The notes: generated by a model not told the origin, from the letters alone. A stretch of DNA of 60,795 bases, filler included, from Squatina squatina (GCA_031763465.1; 4 parts of 3 records of this genome joined end to end with filler, not necessarily neighbours in it); one strand, 5' to 3'; counted from the whole stretch's first letter, positions 12,937-27,070 are shown. Numbers and translations: made by a program.

Positions 12937-13670
12937 CACAATATATATCAATGATTTGGATGAGGGAACTAAATGTAACATTTCCAAGTTTGCAGATGAC
13001 ACAAAGCTGGGGGAGGCTCCAATGTGATTTAGACAAGTTGAGTCAGTGGGCAAATGCATGGCAGATGCAGTATAACGTGGATAAATACGAGGTTATCCAC
13101 TTTGGTTCGAAAAACAGAAAGACAGATTATTATCTGAATGGTGATAGATTGGGAAAGGGGGAAGTGCAAAGAGACCTGGGTGTCCTTGTACACCAGTCGC
13201 TGAAAGCAAGCATTCAGGTGCAGCAAACAGTTAGGAAGGCAAATGGTATGTTGGCCTTCATTGCAAGAGGATTTGAGTACAGGAGCAGGGATGACTTGCT
13301 GCAGCTGTACAGGGCCTTGGTTAGACCAAATCTGGAGTTTTGTGTGCAGTTTTGGTCTCCTTATCCGATGAAGGATGTTCTTGCCATGGAGGAAGTGCAA
13401 CAAAGGTTTACTGGATTGATTTCTGGGATGGCAGGACTGACGTATGAGGAGAGATTGGGTCAATTAGGCCTATATTCACGAGAGTTTAGAAGAATGAGAG
13501 GGGATCTCATAGAAACCTATAAAACAGGACTAGACAGACTAGATGCAGGGAGGATGTTCCCGATGGCTGTGGAGTCCAGAACCAGGGGTCACAGCCTCAG
13601 GATACAGGGTAAGCCATTTAGGACTGAGATGAGGAGAAATTCCTTCACGCAGAGGGTGGTGAACCTGTGG
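12937..13670 (+). mobile_element. CR1 LINE RT C-terminal fragment
   Basis: Encodes [43 protein letters not shown] and RRMRGDLIETYK. Confidence 0.93.
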
Positions 13671-14338
13671 TCATTGCCGTCCGATTTACTCCTCGATAAC
13701 AGTGAGCACTGATAGCCTCACCATTATTCTTACCGCAAAATCCAGGCCACTATCTTGATGCTCATTTTTTTACTGTGGAAAGATTCCATTATTTTTCCTA
13801 CCATCGACATTAAGCTAGCAGGTCTATAGTTCCCTGGACTTGTTCGATCCTCCTTTTTAAATATAGGAATGATATTAACAATTTGTGCACAACTAAAATA
13901 AAGCAGTTAAATGCTGTGAGAAAAGTCTGCCATTAAATTTGTTTTATTCTTATTGCTGAAGTTGGGACATCAAATCATACTTTCTGGTACTAGAAATCTC
14001 CCACAGCCCAATCCATAACACACAGCACAAATATTGCAGAATGCCAAGTTAAATTTGGTTTGTGAGAATTTCCACTTCCAAAACTACTTCATTTACTAAG
14101 CAAGAGTTATGATATTTGGAAAACTTTTCCCCAGAAAAGTAATGTTATACAGTAATACCATGTCAACAGAAAGGATTGTGGAAAGATGGCAGCATATTGA
14201 ATTAGATTGATAATATTTAGTTCTACTTCTCTATAATAAGCTCTTCCTATTCCCAATTGCAATATTTTCCTTATATTTTACTCTTTAATAAAATACATTT
14301 TCATGTATGTAATTTTTTTCTAAATTCTCTTTGCATAG

Positions 14339-14499
14339 TTGAAATTTGTGATTCAGTGGCATCAACTCCAGCAGTAAAAGAACTACCGATGAGATTCTCA
14401 ACTCCTGATGCTGCGCCAGTATCCGTGGAACCTGCATGGCTATCCCTTGCCAAGAGAAAAGCTAAAGCTTGGAGCGACTGTCCTCAGATCATTAAATGA
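14339..14499 (+). CDS. CRACD: CRACD terminal coding exon (V)EICDS...RFSTPDAAPVSVEPAWLSLAKRKAKAWSDCPQIIK*
   Basis: Polypyrimidine tract and tag acceptor ending at 14338; the C-terminus matches human CRACD; stop at 14497-14499. Confidence 0.92.
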
Positions 14500-14712
14500 C
14501 CCCAAATGGTTTGGGAACTGCCACCATATCCTGTATAGCTATCACTAAACAGAAAGTGCTAAATTGTATTTTTTTCAAAATAGATTGTGACAGGGCACAA
14601 CACATAACAGTATCAGAAACATAATATGAAATACGTACTTCAAAGAACTACTGTCAACCTGAGCACATNNNNNNNNNNNNNNNNNNNNNNNNNNNNNNNN
14701 NNNNNNNNNNNN

Positions 14713-14724
14713 TTAATTAATTAA
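14713..14724. other. Artificial scaffold linker TTAATTAATTAA centred in a 100-nt gap
   Basis: 44 N on each side; the 12-mer places stops in all six frames. Confidence 0.95.
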
Positions 14725-14769
14725 NNNNNNNNNNNNNNNNNNNNNNNNNNNNNNNNNNNNNNNNNNNNA

Positions 14770-15340
14770 GGGTTTTGAAACCATCTTCCTCTTGTTCCCT
14801 TCTCATGTAACTCTCACCCTTACTATGCAGGACAAATTGCTACTGCTTTCAGAAGCCATTCATCTGTCTCTGCTTACCCATGCCACTGAATGCTAACCCT
14901 TGTCCCTTTCTTCCATTTCAGGTCAAGAAGCTCCACGCAGCCCTCAGAGAGCAGAAGAGGAGGAAGAGGGCAGCACTGCACAACAGGAAGCGTCACTCGA
15001 CCTTACATTTACAGACACCAGCTCAGGGACTGGCACCCCGCATAGTTCAGAGTATAGGATAGAGGGGTCAGCACATGGAGATGCACCCAGCACTAGTGCG
15101 CAGGAGCAAGGGCAGGGAAATAGGATGGGCCAAAGAGAGAGAGAGCGCTTGCATCCTAGCCCTGCTACAGAACATACAGAAGAAGAAATCAAGCGCCCAC
15201 CATATAAAAGAAGACTGATGGCAAAACTCACGGACCTTCTAAATGCACGGGTTTGCCTGCCAGTGAGCTTGGACACAATGTCAGAGGTCATGGAGGAATC
15301 CAGCTCAAACTTGCGAGACTTATCTTGGAGGCGAGGTACC
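14770..15340 (+). mobile_element. Degenerate copy of a Harbinger-associated (Myb/SANT-partner-like) ORF region
   Basis: Shares sequence with 38906-39841 and 58277-59300 (e.g. caatgtcagaggtcatggaggaatccagc, and a catttcag acceptor). Confidence 0.5.
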
Positions 15341-18300
15341 CTTTAAATACCACTTGTGACAGCTGTTCACTGACTGTTCCCACCTTGAATTGCCCGTCAT
15401 GCTAAGGAAGTGATGTTTCAGGTGAGTGCAGACAACAATGTCACAAAAGGGTCCTAATTCAGGCACAGGACCCTTATTAACATATTCAAATGAAACCTGT
15501 GAGCACCCGAACCAATATGCCATATGTTGGGTGCACTTCCAGTGCCATGGCAGCGTAGAATGTTGCGCTGCCGAATTCAACTTCATTTACCACTTTTTGG
15601 ACCCGGAAAAAGTGAAAAACGCATAACAACTTCTAGCCCTATAACTCCATGCACCAATCTTAAGATCACATCAGTGTACAACTAGTAGCTGCAGTATAAC
15701 TACAAAAAATACACTTTCAGGTCATGGGTCAATAAAAACAAGACTTTGCTCGACATCACAAGGCATCATTTTCACTTTTAAGTGGCAATGGAATCATAAG
15801 TTTTGAGCCACGATAGTTAAAAAAAACTCTTTTACAGTGAAAAGTAAATAGATGTCAGTAATCTTAAGGCATTATGTAGCCTTTGGAGTTCAAATAGGAA
15901 AGTTAACTCACTCATTCATCTCTCTCAAGGTGTCTGATGTTGGNNNNNNNNNNNNNNNNNNNNNNNNNNNNNNNNNNNNNNNNNNNNNNNNNNNNNNNNN
16001 NNNNNNNNNNNNNNNNNNNNNNNNNNNNNNNNNNNNNNNNNNNNNNNNNNNNNNNNNNNNNNNNNNNNNNNNNNNNNNNNNNNNNNNNNNNNNNNNNNNN
16101 NNNNNNNNNNNNNNNNNNNNNNNNNNNNNNNNNNNNNNNNNNNNNNNNNNNNNNNNNNNNNNNNNNNNNNNNNNNNNNNNNNNNNNNNNNNNNNNNNNNN
16201 NNNNNNNNNNNNNNNNNNNNNNNNNNNNNNNNNNNNNNNNNNNNNNNNNNNNNNNNNNNNNNNNNNNNNNNNNNNNNNNNNNNNNNNNNNNNNNNNNNNN
16301 NNNNNNNNNNNNNNNNNNNNNNNNNNNNNNNNNNNNNNNNNNNNNNNNNNNNNNNNNNNNNNNNNNNNNNNNNNNNNNNNNNNNNNNNNNNNNNNNNNNN
16401 NNNNNNNNNNNNNNNNNNNNNNNNNNNNNNNNNNNNNNNNNNNNNNNNNNNNNNNNNNNNNNNNNNNNNNNNNNNNNNNNNNNNNNNNNNNNNNNNNNNN
16501 NNNNNNNNNNNNNNNNNNNNNNNNNNNNNNNNNNNNNNNNNNNNNNNNNNNNNNNNNNNNNNNNNNNNNNNNNNNNNNNNNNNNNNNNNNNNNNNNNNNN
16601 NNNNNNNNNNNNNNNNNNNNNNNNNNNNNNNNNNNNNNNNNNNNNNNNNNNNNNNNNNNNNNNNNNNNNNNNNNNNNNCATTCCGAAGCAATTTTTTATA
16701 AAGTAAACTCCTAAATCAGGTAACTGATCCCATAAGGTAAATTATTTCCTTCCATCAGTTTGTCTCTACAAACAACTGACCTAAAGAATTCAGTGTAGTT
16801 AGTCAAACATGCACTCAATTATAGGAAAACCCAACCCAAAATAGAAAAACGGCACGAGTTCTTCCGTGGCACACACTGCGCTCTTTAGACAGAGCTTCTT
16901 TGAATTAAAGTGGTTAAAATGTCATTTCAAATCTGCTGGAAATCATGATTGCCTGATACAGGGAGATTGTATATTTAGCTTTGTGTCTGTGGCAATTTCC
17001 TGACCTACAGCCTTGATCCTCAGCGACTTAATGTTCAATATTGATACTTCTATGAGTACAGTACCGACAACATGTTGCTGCTGGACTCTGCGGAGCCTTA
17101 AACCGTGGTATTGTTCGGCATTTTGATTTGCACGTGCAATTAGGCAGAATTTTAAAAGTAAAAGCACATGCCTATCATGTTTTAGCGCGACTTTACTGAG
17201 GAGTCATTGAGGTCTTAAATCAATAGCTCAAGAGGCTCCGTGTATTTTATTTATGTCTCGGAGACTTCAATACCATATTTAAATATACTTATTGAATCAT
17301 TTTTATTCAGAGTTCTTTCCTATTTTGGGGCTGCTCACCATTATACCAGGAAACATCCATATGTTCTTTTTAATACCAATAATGCTTGGGCAATTATTTA
17401 CCAAGAGATGTGCTTCTACAAGGCATGACAAAAATAAGCTTTATTATATACATGTAAATCCATTTTTACTGGAATTATTAGCAGAATTATAAATGCGGTT
17501 ATTCCTGTCTGGCCAATAAGGTGAAAGAGATAAAGCAATATATTGAAGCCATGAAAAGAGCACTGGCTCGTTTTAACTTGTACGATTGAACACACGGTCG
17601 TTTGTTAAACTCAGTAACAAGTTATCATGTACTCATTATCAACTCTTGCCATATCAATATAACACAATGTCAGGTCTTTTTAAGATAGTCATCTCCAACA
17701 TAAATGAGAAATTCCTAGATATATTAATATTAATCCAAGTTGTGCCTCATTGATTATGATAGACATGTTCATTCTGTTACCTTTCGGAAATTCAGTTGCA
17801 TGCTTTGTGATACACAGTCATTATGGAGGATTGAGATTTGAAGAAACACCGAGGAGGGTGAGAGCTGAGAATGCAGATCTGAAGAAGTTGATATGACAGA
17901 GGTGTACAGTACGTGTTTCTTTATTAAAATCACAAATACTATACATACTAGTAGCAAACTTCTCTTGGGTTATTNNNNNNNNNNNNNNNNNNNNNNNNNN
18001 NNNNNNNNNNNNNNNNNNNNNNNNNNNNNNNNNNNNNNNNNNNNNNNNNNNNNNNNNNNNNNNNNNNNNNNNNNNNNNNNNNNNNNNNNNNNNNNNNNNN
18101 NNNNNNNNNNNNNNNNNNNNNNNNNNNNNNNNNNNNNNNNNNNNNNNNNNNNNNNNNNNNNNNNNNNNNNNNNNNNNNNNNNNNNTAATCCCTGTGGGCA
18201 AAATAGATCAGGAAAGAGATTCGTAGATTGTGGTGAGATTCACATATTTCGTTCGCGTCACTTAAATGTGAGTAGACAGCTTTATTCCTGATGATTGTAC

Positions 18301-18749
18301 CCCTTCCTCCCTCACAGCTGTAACTTGTAAAATTGTGAAATTCAGTAAAGATTTTTTATAATGCTTGTGTGGTCCCAGAACTGTGGAAATAAAAAATCGT
18401 GTTTCCACACTAGCAATGGCAGTGACATCACCACATGAATGACTTTGAAATTCCATGAACTAGAGCAGAGAAGGAAACTGCTTTAAAACAGCACAAATCT
18501 ACTGAAAATGCAAAGTGTTATGACAGAAAAATTTGCGGAGACTTGCGTATGATTTCATTTTTATGCACACTCATGAAACTGACTTATAACTCAGAACAGA
18601 CAAATGAATGAGCAAGCTATGGCCAGCTTTAGAGGAGACAAGGAGCACTGACTCATAAAGACTGCACAAAGAGCACATTACTCACCTTTAAAAGACACAA
18701 AATACTGTTAGAATTCAGATTTTCATCCAATGGTGCAGACTGAATTTAG

Positions 18750-19192
18750 AAAGAAAGACTTGAATTTATATATCACCTTTCATGAGCACTGGATGCCCCA
18801 AAGCCAATTTTTGAAGTGTAGTAACTGTTGTAATGTAGCAGCCAATTTTGAGCACAGGAAGCTCCCACAAGCAGCAGCAATGTGATGATGACCAGATAAT
18901 CTGTTTTTAGTGATGTTAATTGAGGGATAAATATTGGCCAGGACATCATGGATAATTCCCCTCCTCTTCTTCGAAATAATCTCACGGGATCTTTTACACC
19001 CACCTGAGAAAGCAGATGGGACCTTGGTTTAACATCTCATCCAAAAGAGAGCACCTCTGACAGTGCAGCACTCCCTCAGTAATGCACTGGAGTGTCAGCC
19101 TAGATTCTTGTGCTCAAGTCTCTGGAGTGTGATTTGAATCCACAACTTTCTGACACAGAGCCAAGGGTGCTATCAACTGAGCCACAGCTGAC
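18750..19192 (-). mobile_element. DeuSINE-type (SacSINE1/AmnSINE-like) tRNA SINE, near full length
   Basis: Minus strand shows a tRNA-like head (tgtcagctgtggctcagttg...gattcaaatc), the Deu core tgagggagtgctgcactgtcagaggtgc and an L2-like tail. Confidence 0.75.
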
Positions 19193-20894
19193 ACTCTTTA
19201 CTTTAGCATATCCAGAGTTGATGGAAAACATACACTACCCCAGAATGTTAACAACAGNNNNNNNNNNNNNNNNNNNNNNNNNNNNNNNNNNNNNNNNNNN
19301 NNNNNNNNNNNNNNNNNNNNNNNNNNNNNNNNNNNNNNNNNNNNNNNNNNNNNNNNNGAGCAGGCTCGAAGGGCCGAATAGCCTACTTCTGCTCCTATCT
19401 TCTATGTTTCTAAGGGCAACTAGTGATGGGCAATAAATGCGGCTTTGCCAGCATCACTCACGTCCCAAGACATATAATATAGATCTATATAGAATATATA
19501 ATAAAATACCCTGCATCTGTCTGAAAGACAATTCCAGTCCTTTTCACATCCAGATAGGTCCTTTTTGAAATCCTCAGACTTGTTGCAAGGCTTGTGAGGA
19601 GAAGGAAATATTTTAAAACAAAAATAAATGAGTTCTTTAAATACCATTCTGGTTTTTCATAGCACAGAGCCAAATACAAGTATCAGGTCTCCCCTCGGGG
19701 AGCTTGGGATTAGTCAGTGACCTTAGCAGTGTTAGACACGTTCATTAAACCTCAAGGCTACTGTCTCCCCTGTGCACATGGTGAAAGAAACTGCCTCGGA
19801 ACTAATCTGGAGAAGTGCATGAGGGTTAGTAAATGTTAGGATAGTAGAACAGTTCATAGAAACTAGAACATTGTTTACTTTAAACTTATTTTACTGCATA
19901 GGAAATCCCTGTCACCCTTTTAAATAATAAACCTTGAGCTCTGAGCTAGACCAGACATGCGGCAGAAAGAACATCTTTCACTCTGAAGAGTTCAGTGGAG
20001 TAAGGAAGTGATGAAGGGGCAATGGGGAAATTAGGACAAATTACCCAAACAGCAGTATTTTGTCAAAATGAAAATGGTACTGTTTCAGGTCAAGAATAGT
20101 TGCATAATGTAAACAAAATCAACTCATTACTTACAGATTGTTTTGCAATTTGAATGCTGCGGCTTCTCATTGACTGTTATCTATTTGAATTATAATGCTG
20201 GACGTTATTCCAAAATGCTTTGGACACGGCAACATGCTTTTTATAAATATAGTGCACCACTGATTAATTCATTTTGTTTTGCTAAAGAAAATGTTCTAAG
20301 TTCTGGAACAAAATTCCCATTAAAATAATAGGGAGATCATGGAGAATGATTGTACGGAAAAAAAAAATCATTGAGTTTATTCCAGAGTGGCTTTACTGTA
20401 ACCATCTCCAAATAGAGCCTAAGGTATTTATATNNNNNNNNNNNNNNNNNNNNNNNNNNNNNNNNNNNNNNNNNNNNNNNNNNNNNNNNNNNNNNNNNNN
20501 NNNNNNNNNNNNNNNNNNNNNNNNNNNNNNNNNTTGCCATCAAAATGTTGGGGCCTCATAACGCTTCAAATACTTCCCAAAAATACCTCCAGTCCGTGTC
20601 TCAGCGCCCAAAAAACCGGGCGCTGTCACTGCCAGTTTATTGCCTCAAAAACGGAGACCAATTCATGGGCAGGCAGCCATTTTGGGCACTGCACCCTTTG
20701 ATGACATCATCAAGTCCATTTTATGCCCAGCGATGCGTTTTCAGCGCTCCCGGATTAGTGCCCATATAGCGCCGGTGTTAACCTGAGACCAATTTAGCGT
20801 CTTAGCAATTAGCGCCGAAAACAGGCATTAGACCCCTAACCCCCATTTAGCACCCATTTAGCACTAGCGCTGAACAACCAATTGGGCATCCGTC

Positions 20895-21205
20895 AACTTT
20901 AAGAGGAGACATTAAACCCAAGCCCTTCTCTGACAGTCGATGGACATAAAAGATCAATTGGTGCTATTCAAAATGCATTGGAGTGTTTCTAATGTCCAGC
21001 TCAACATTGCTCCCTCATTTAATGATACGAAAAAATGGATTAACTGATCATTCATTTCATTTGGTGCTTGTGGGATCTTGGTATATGCAAATTGGTTGCT
21101 GCATTTGCCTATTTAATAATGGCTGTACTTCGAAAGCAATTCATTGGATGCAAGATGCTTTGGGACATCCTGAGGATGTATAATGCATTATGTAAATAGA
21201 AGTTC
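20895..21205 (+). mobile_element. Partial DeuSINE copy
   Basis: Similar to the 3' half of the 18750 element. Confidence 0.55.
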
Positions 21206-21325
21206 AAAAGCAAAATACTGCGGATGCTGGAATCTAAAATATAAACAAAAAATGCTGGAAAAACTCAACAGGTCAGGCAGCATCTGTGGAGAGAGAAACA
21301 GAGTCAACGTTTCGCGTCCTTCTTC
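21206..21325. mobile_element. Penelope-like terminal repeat fragment
   Basis: aaaagcaaaatactgcggatgctggaatct...catctgtggagagagaaacagag; related copies near 3820-3965 and inverted near 29940-30080. Family assignment is from recall. Confidence 0.5.
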
Positions 21326-21842
21326 TAAAAGTCACTCTTGATTTGTCAGGAACTATATGGTGACTTATTTGATATGATACATTTTCTGTATTACAGTAGT
21401 TGTTTAATCAATTATTTTCAATTTAGAAAGATATTAGAGGGTTGTTGCTGTAATATGTTGAATATAACATAAGAACTGAGACCATAGGGTCCATTATTTG
21501 GGGCAAAGTCTCTCAAACTGCCTTGTCAAAAAAAGAAACCAACAGATTCAGCATTCCGTGCACTAGAGACTAGTTTATCCCATAAGTTAATGATCTTAGT
21601 TGGGAATGAGTTTCTTCTTTTCGTGTAGATTGCTCAGTTTTGAATTTTTCTCCTATGTTTTATATTCCGGGATTGCTTTAACGAATTTATTAACTCAAAC
21701 ATGGCTGACTCTTATTTTAGACTTGAAACTCATTCAACTCATTTGCCGGCCTCTCCTTTTAAAGACCCAGCCTGTCCTCCGGCACTCTGCCTGCTGCAAA
21801 TATAACCAAGAAGTTTTCTCCTTAAAGACCAGCGCAACTTTT

Positions 21843-22360
21843 AGGGGATGAAATTCAGCTATGTTTTCGCCCTTTTAGCATCTCATCTCCTGGGGAATTC
21901 CCCCGAGGCGCGGCCTGGCCCAAGCAATTCCGTAGCGGGTCGGCATGCAACGTCATAAAAATGTGCACCGACTCTCACCGCGCAGGCACCGTACCCCTTT
22001 CGGCCCATTTGCGTCCCGCGGGCAGAATTCAACAGCGGGACGCGGCCGCAGTGCCGGTCGGTTGCAGCGCCCGTGAAACCTGCTGCTGCAATGGCCCTCT
22101 TAAAGGGGAGGACCAGAGCGCCGGCAGCCGCCATCTTCATTTGTCCGCTGACTGATGGTGGATCGCGGCCGGACCGGGCTACCAACCCCTCTGCTGGCAC
22201 GCCGACATTGTCGGCGCCACGCCAGCAACTGGCCACCACAGTCCGCCCTGGGAGCAAGGCGGACATCGCTGCACCTCACTCCCCCCGTGGAAATGCGAAT
22301 TCCGTGGCTGAGAAAAATGCCAACTCCTGCCAATACTGCCCCGGAAGTGCCCCAGGTAAA
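21843..22360. mobile_element. GC-rich non-autonomous DNA transposon fragment
   Basis: Abrupt CpG-rich block starting ggggatgaaattc; internal ttaaagggg...gccgccatc motif. Confidence 0.45.
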
Positions 22361-22934
22361 TGCCCTTAATCTTTATCTGTTATCTGTACTCAACCTACCA
22401 CCTTCCTTCCTTCATTGCCTTTGACATCCCTTTACCTTCCTGTTCATGTATTTTGGACTCGGACAAGATATTAGCCTTTGTTTCTCAGCAGCGTATTTTT
22501 CAACAGACTGTCTTTCAACCTTCTAAAATGGACAATTTCCCTGCAGTAAGTTTCTTTTCAAATGCAGTTTTATCAGCTTCTTTTCCTAGTTACTCCTTTA
22601 TGCCAGTAATATCTTCTCTTCTAGAGTTCAGCATTCTGACTATACACCTCATCAGTTCCTCAAATCACATTCAATTATCACTGCTGTCCAAATGTTCTTT
22701 GTTGACTACTAATTTAAGCTTTGATTCTAAATACAAAATCTATGACGTCGCCTGTCATGGTGCCTCAAAGTAAAGAGCAGGCCTGGACAGAATTGTTGAC
22801 ATTGCTTATGACTATTGACTACTCTTTTCTACTATCCCTTCCATTTACCTAGTTGTTTACTTTGTCTAGGAAATCTAAAATGGCTGCCTACAAATACTTT
22901 CAACCCTTAGTAACAGAGAAATTGAATGAATGAA

Positions 22935-23262
22935 CAAACTTGTATTTATTTGTTTTTCACATTCTCAGAACATTCCCAAAGTGGTTCACAGCCAATGAAT
23001 TACTTTTCAAGTGTAGTCACTGTTATCTAAGTGAATGCAGCAGCCAATTTGAGCACAGCAAGGTTCCGCAAACAGCAACGAGATAAATGATCAGTTAATC
23101 TGTTTTCCCAGTGTTGAGTGAGGGATAAGCTAGGATGCCGGGACAACGATTCTTCAAATTGTGCACCTGAACAGGCAGACGGGGCCTTGGTTTGATGTCA
23201 CCTTCGGTGCAGTAGCCCCTCAGTTCTAAACGGAAATGTCAGCCAAAATGGTGTGCTAGGCT
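22935..23262 (-). mobile_element. DeuSINE copy, diverged
   Basis: Colinear with 18750-19192. Confidence 0.65.
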
Positions 23263-25399
23263 TGAACTCTCAACCAATTGATTCAGTTTCCAAGAATATA
23301 CTGTTGTTTTGTCAAGAAGACTGACAAGGAAGGCGAATTTAGAAGTTCCTGCTGCATTATTAGTCTCATCATTCTGCTCACGGTAATACTGGCTATGTGA
23401 ACCTCCACACCATATTAAAGCCATGAGTCGCACCTCTGTTATGTCAGTTATATTTGCCCTTTCATTGCTTATGTCTGTAAAGTACATTGTACGTTATTAT
23501 ACAAACACTTACATCAAATTCTGTTCTTTTTATGGAGGCTTTAGCCCATTTATTTTAATTGAGTCGACACCTCTGTAAAAATAGTGGACAAAGAAATAAA
23601 TTTTATACAAATGCATTAAGCGCTCATCATACAGTATAATTTCCAGGCTTATATGTTTAACAGATCTTACATAATGTGCAAGAAAACACCGGTACTTATA
23701 TACTTTGAGAGACTGCGCTCTGCTTTGCTGCCATCTCATATCCATCTTGCCATAAGTCTATGTCCCATTTGTAATTGCTGGGCTTGGTTTTCAATTTAAG
23801 CTTTCTCCTCCCTTCCCACAATGTGTTGTTTATTTGGTCCTAAATTAATCAAGATTCAGTCCATTACTTCTGAAGAAATAGGCCTCTCCGCAAACCTGAC
23901 CCAAATACTAATAAAACCCATCCCTTCCTCTTCAACCTCTCATTACAATTAATTTCCTGTTCAGTCTCTCAACACTGGAAGGAGCTCAGAACATAGCATT
24001 TCCTTTGCCTCATTGTCTTGAAACTTCTTTACCCTTTCTATAGCCCTTCAATTCCTCAAATTGCTTATGGAAATACTGTTAATGCCCACATGTAACATGC
24101 TAACTGCTCCTTCTAATTTATTCAGTGATAACTTTTACCTTGGCTGTTGGTAAATGCAAGTCTGCTTGGTTTTACTATATTCTCTTATTTGCTACTTTAT
24201 CCACTGATCTCACCATTGAATTTCCTGTTAGAATCATTTCCCGTGATTCCATGAAATAATTCCTTTTTCCTGCACATACCTGATGTCTTCCAACCCTCAG
24301 CTTTTGGAGCCTCAACAGTGATTTTACCATTTCTTGCCTCCAACGCTGATCACNNNNNNNNNNNNNNNNNNNNNNNNNNNNNNNNNNNNNNNNNNNNNNN
24401 NNNNNNNNNNNNNNNNNNNNNNNNNNNNNNNNNNNNNNNNNNNNNNNNNNNNNTTTCAAAAGGGAATTAGATCTCTACTTGAAAAGAAAAGTATTTGAAA
24501 GAAAACTATTAGCTGGAACATGTTGTCACACAGTGCAAAACAATTACAATTTCTGAGGAGTTTTTCCTTTTTTGATAGTGTACGGCTGTCATTTAATGTA
24601 CTGCGTGCATGAAACGCCCCAGTGGTACCTAATAACTTCTAAGGCCACTGAAAAGCAGCTGCTGATTGCAGAATACAAAAGCACAACACAAACAGCAATC
24701 AGACTATGCAGTAGGCACACCTGTATAGACGGAGTGACTGCTTCTCTCACTCAAAACATTAGAGTTACTCGAGGCAAACACAACACATAATTCAGCACAG
24801 CTGCAGCATGCAACAGCAGGATTACATGACACCATTCTGATGTGGAAAGTAGTTGGTAGCAGATAATGCGGGATTGGGATTTGATTCCGTAAACGGCGGT
24901 CTTTGTTCCCTCGTGCTTACTGTAATTGCTACAATTATTCATATGATCAGCTAGGAGGAGTAGGCTGGTTTACACCCAGTGAGATAATTACGACGAGAAT
25001 ATCACTGCCCACTCTCCCCCTGTGCTGAGACTGGATTAGGAGATGAGACAAAAACTGCCCCAAGCCTAAATTTTCTGTGCCCCACTGTNNNNNNNNNNNN
25101 NNNNNNNNNNNNNNNNNNNNNNNNNNNNNNNNNNNNNNNNNNNNNNNNNNNNNNNNNNNNNNNNNNNNNNNNNNNNNNNNNNNNNNNNCTGGAAAATCCA
25201 GGGCATTCCTGGAGGGTGGGTAACTCTAGTACAGGGTGCAGCTAGGGGAGAATTTGGCAAAATCAGAACTGTCGCTATCAATGTCTGTATTATTTTAACA
25301 AGTTTTCAGAGGCCATGGCCAATTGGTTTACAATAGTCATAAAAATGCTCTGCATCATATTCCTGATAGATCAGTGAGTTCCCCCACCCCGCCACCTAT

Positions 25400-27070
25400 T
25401 TAGCAAGAGGGATAGGGAAGGAAAAGAGACAGGAGGGTGGGCTGGGGGTGGTGGCAGTCTTGATTAAGGATAATATTACAGTTCTATAGAGAGACAATAT
25501 ACAAAGACTGAATCTGGGTAGAGTTGAGGACAGAAAAGGAAATGTTACATTGCTGGGTGTTTACTATAGACCCGCAAATAGTGAGAGAGAGACAGATGAG
25601 CAAATCTGGAGGCAAATTTCAGAGAAATGTAAAAATAGTGGGGGACTTCAATTACCCAAATATAGACTGGGGTTTTAAAAAAAGCGTAAAGGGCAAGGAG
25701 GGTGAAGAATTCCTGACGTATACAGGAGAACGTATGGAAGCAGTGCTGGATCTAGTTCTGGGGAATGAAGTAGGGCAAGTGAAATTTAAAGTAGTTATGG
25801 AAAGGGACAAAGAAAAATCAATGGGGAAAATACCCAACTAGAAGTGAGCCAATTTCAGGGGTTTGAGAAAGGATCTAGCACAGGTGGACTGGAAACAAGG
25901 ATTGACCAGGGNNNNNNNNNNNNNNNNNNNNNNNNNNNNNNNNNNNNNNNNNNNNNNNNNNNNNNNNNNNNNNNNNNNNNNNNNNNNNNNNNNNNNNNNN
26001 NNNNNNNNNNNAAACAGGAAGCTTGTGTCGGCTTCACTTGCGTAGCGCCTGCCGATACTTTTGCACTCCCACAAGTTATCATCCCAAATGGGGCACTATG
26101 CAATTTCTCGCCCTGAATCTATTTGTTTAAAGTTAAGGAACAGAAAAGAAACTGTTACATTGCTGGGCATTTACTAAGGACCCCCAGATACCGCGAAGGA
26201 GATAGAAGAGCAAATCTGTTTGCAAATTTCAGAGAAATGTAAAAACACTAGAGCAGTAATAATAGGGGACTTCAATTACCCTAATATAGACTGGGGAATA
26301 AACAGAGTAAAGGGCAAGGAGGGTCAAGATTTCCTAAAATGTGTACAGGAGAACTTCCTTCATCAGTATGTTTCTCGCCCAACGAGGAAGGAAGTAGTGC
26401 TGGATTTAGTTCTGGGGAATGAAGTAGGGCAAGTGGAGTGTTTCAGTGAAAGAACATATGGGTAATAGTGATCATAATATGATTAGGTTTAAAGTGGTTG
26501 CGGAAAAGGACAAAGAAAAATCAAATGTTAAAATATCCAACTGGAAGAGACAATTTCAGTGATTTGAGAAGGGATCTATCACAGGTGGACAGGAAACAAA
26601 GATTGGCCAAGAAAACAGTGAATGAGCAATGGCAGACCTTCAAGNNNNNNNNNNAGATAGTTTGGGTACAAACCAAGCATATTCCCATAAGGAGGAAAGA
26701 TGGAGCATCCACAGTTAGAGCTCCTTGGATGTCAATGGAAATAGAAGTTAAAATAAAACAGGAAAAAGGAGGCTTATAACAAATGGCAGGTACAGAATAC
26801 CAGGCAGAATTCAGAGAGTGCAGGGGGAAAGTGAAAAAGGATATAAGAAGGGCAAAGAGAGAGAGACACATGCATGGCAGATGCAATTTAATGTGGATAA
26901 ATGTGAAGTGATTCAAAAGGCAATTGGACATGTACTTGAGGATTAATTAGCAGGCTTATGGGGAAAAACCTAAGGTGTGGGATTAATTTGGACAACTCTT
27001 TCAAAGAGTTGGCACAGGCACCATGGGCCAAATGCCCCAAGTGTGTGCTGTAAGATTCTGTGATTCTATG
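25400..27070 (+). mobile_element. Two adjacent CR1 endonuclease-region fragments, the second with an internally deleted 3' end
   Basis: GDFNYPNIDW and LDLVLGNEVGQV each occur twice (about 25640/25745 and 26265/26400); tail aagattctgtgattctatg near 27070. Confidence 0.85.

Larger units (their letters stand above)
3142..14499 (+). pseudogene. CRACD: CRACD (KIAA1211, capping protein inhibiting regulator of actin dynamics) homologue; multi-exon, apparently disabled
   Basis: Five ordered exons with GT/AG borders where visible match CRACD motifs from MGTRALSHDSIFIP to KAKAWSDCPQIIK*. The large exon has in-frame stops at 6233-6235, 6353-6355 and 7715-7717, and a CR1 tail abuts the coding sequence at 6146. 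Confidence 0.8.

Noticed and set aside
15852-16706. Long ORFs made mostly of X (also 5472-6235 and many shorter ones)
   Set aside because: Artefacts of translating through N gaps.
17779-17878. Possible minus-strand exon (ttcttcag...aag|gtaaca, LHSQLSPSSVFLQISILHNDCVSQSMQLNFRK)
   Set aside because: Splice-like borders but no recognisable homology; could be chance.
21843-22424. GC-rich ORF clusters as CpG-island genes (also 10059-10579)
   Set aside because: Overlapping ORFs in several frames with no recognisable protein; sharp borders and shared termini point to transposons.
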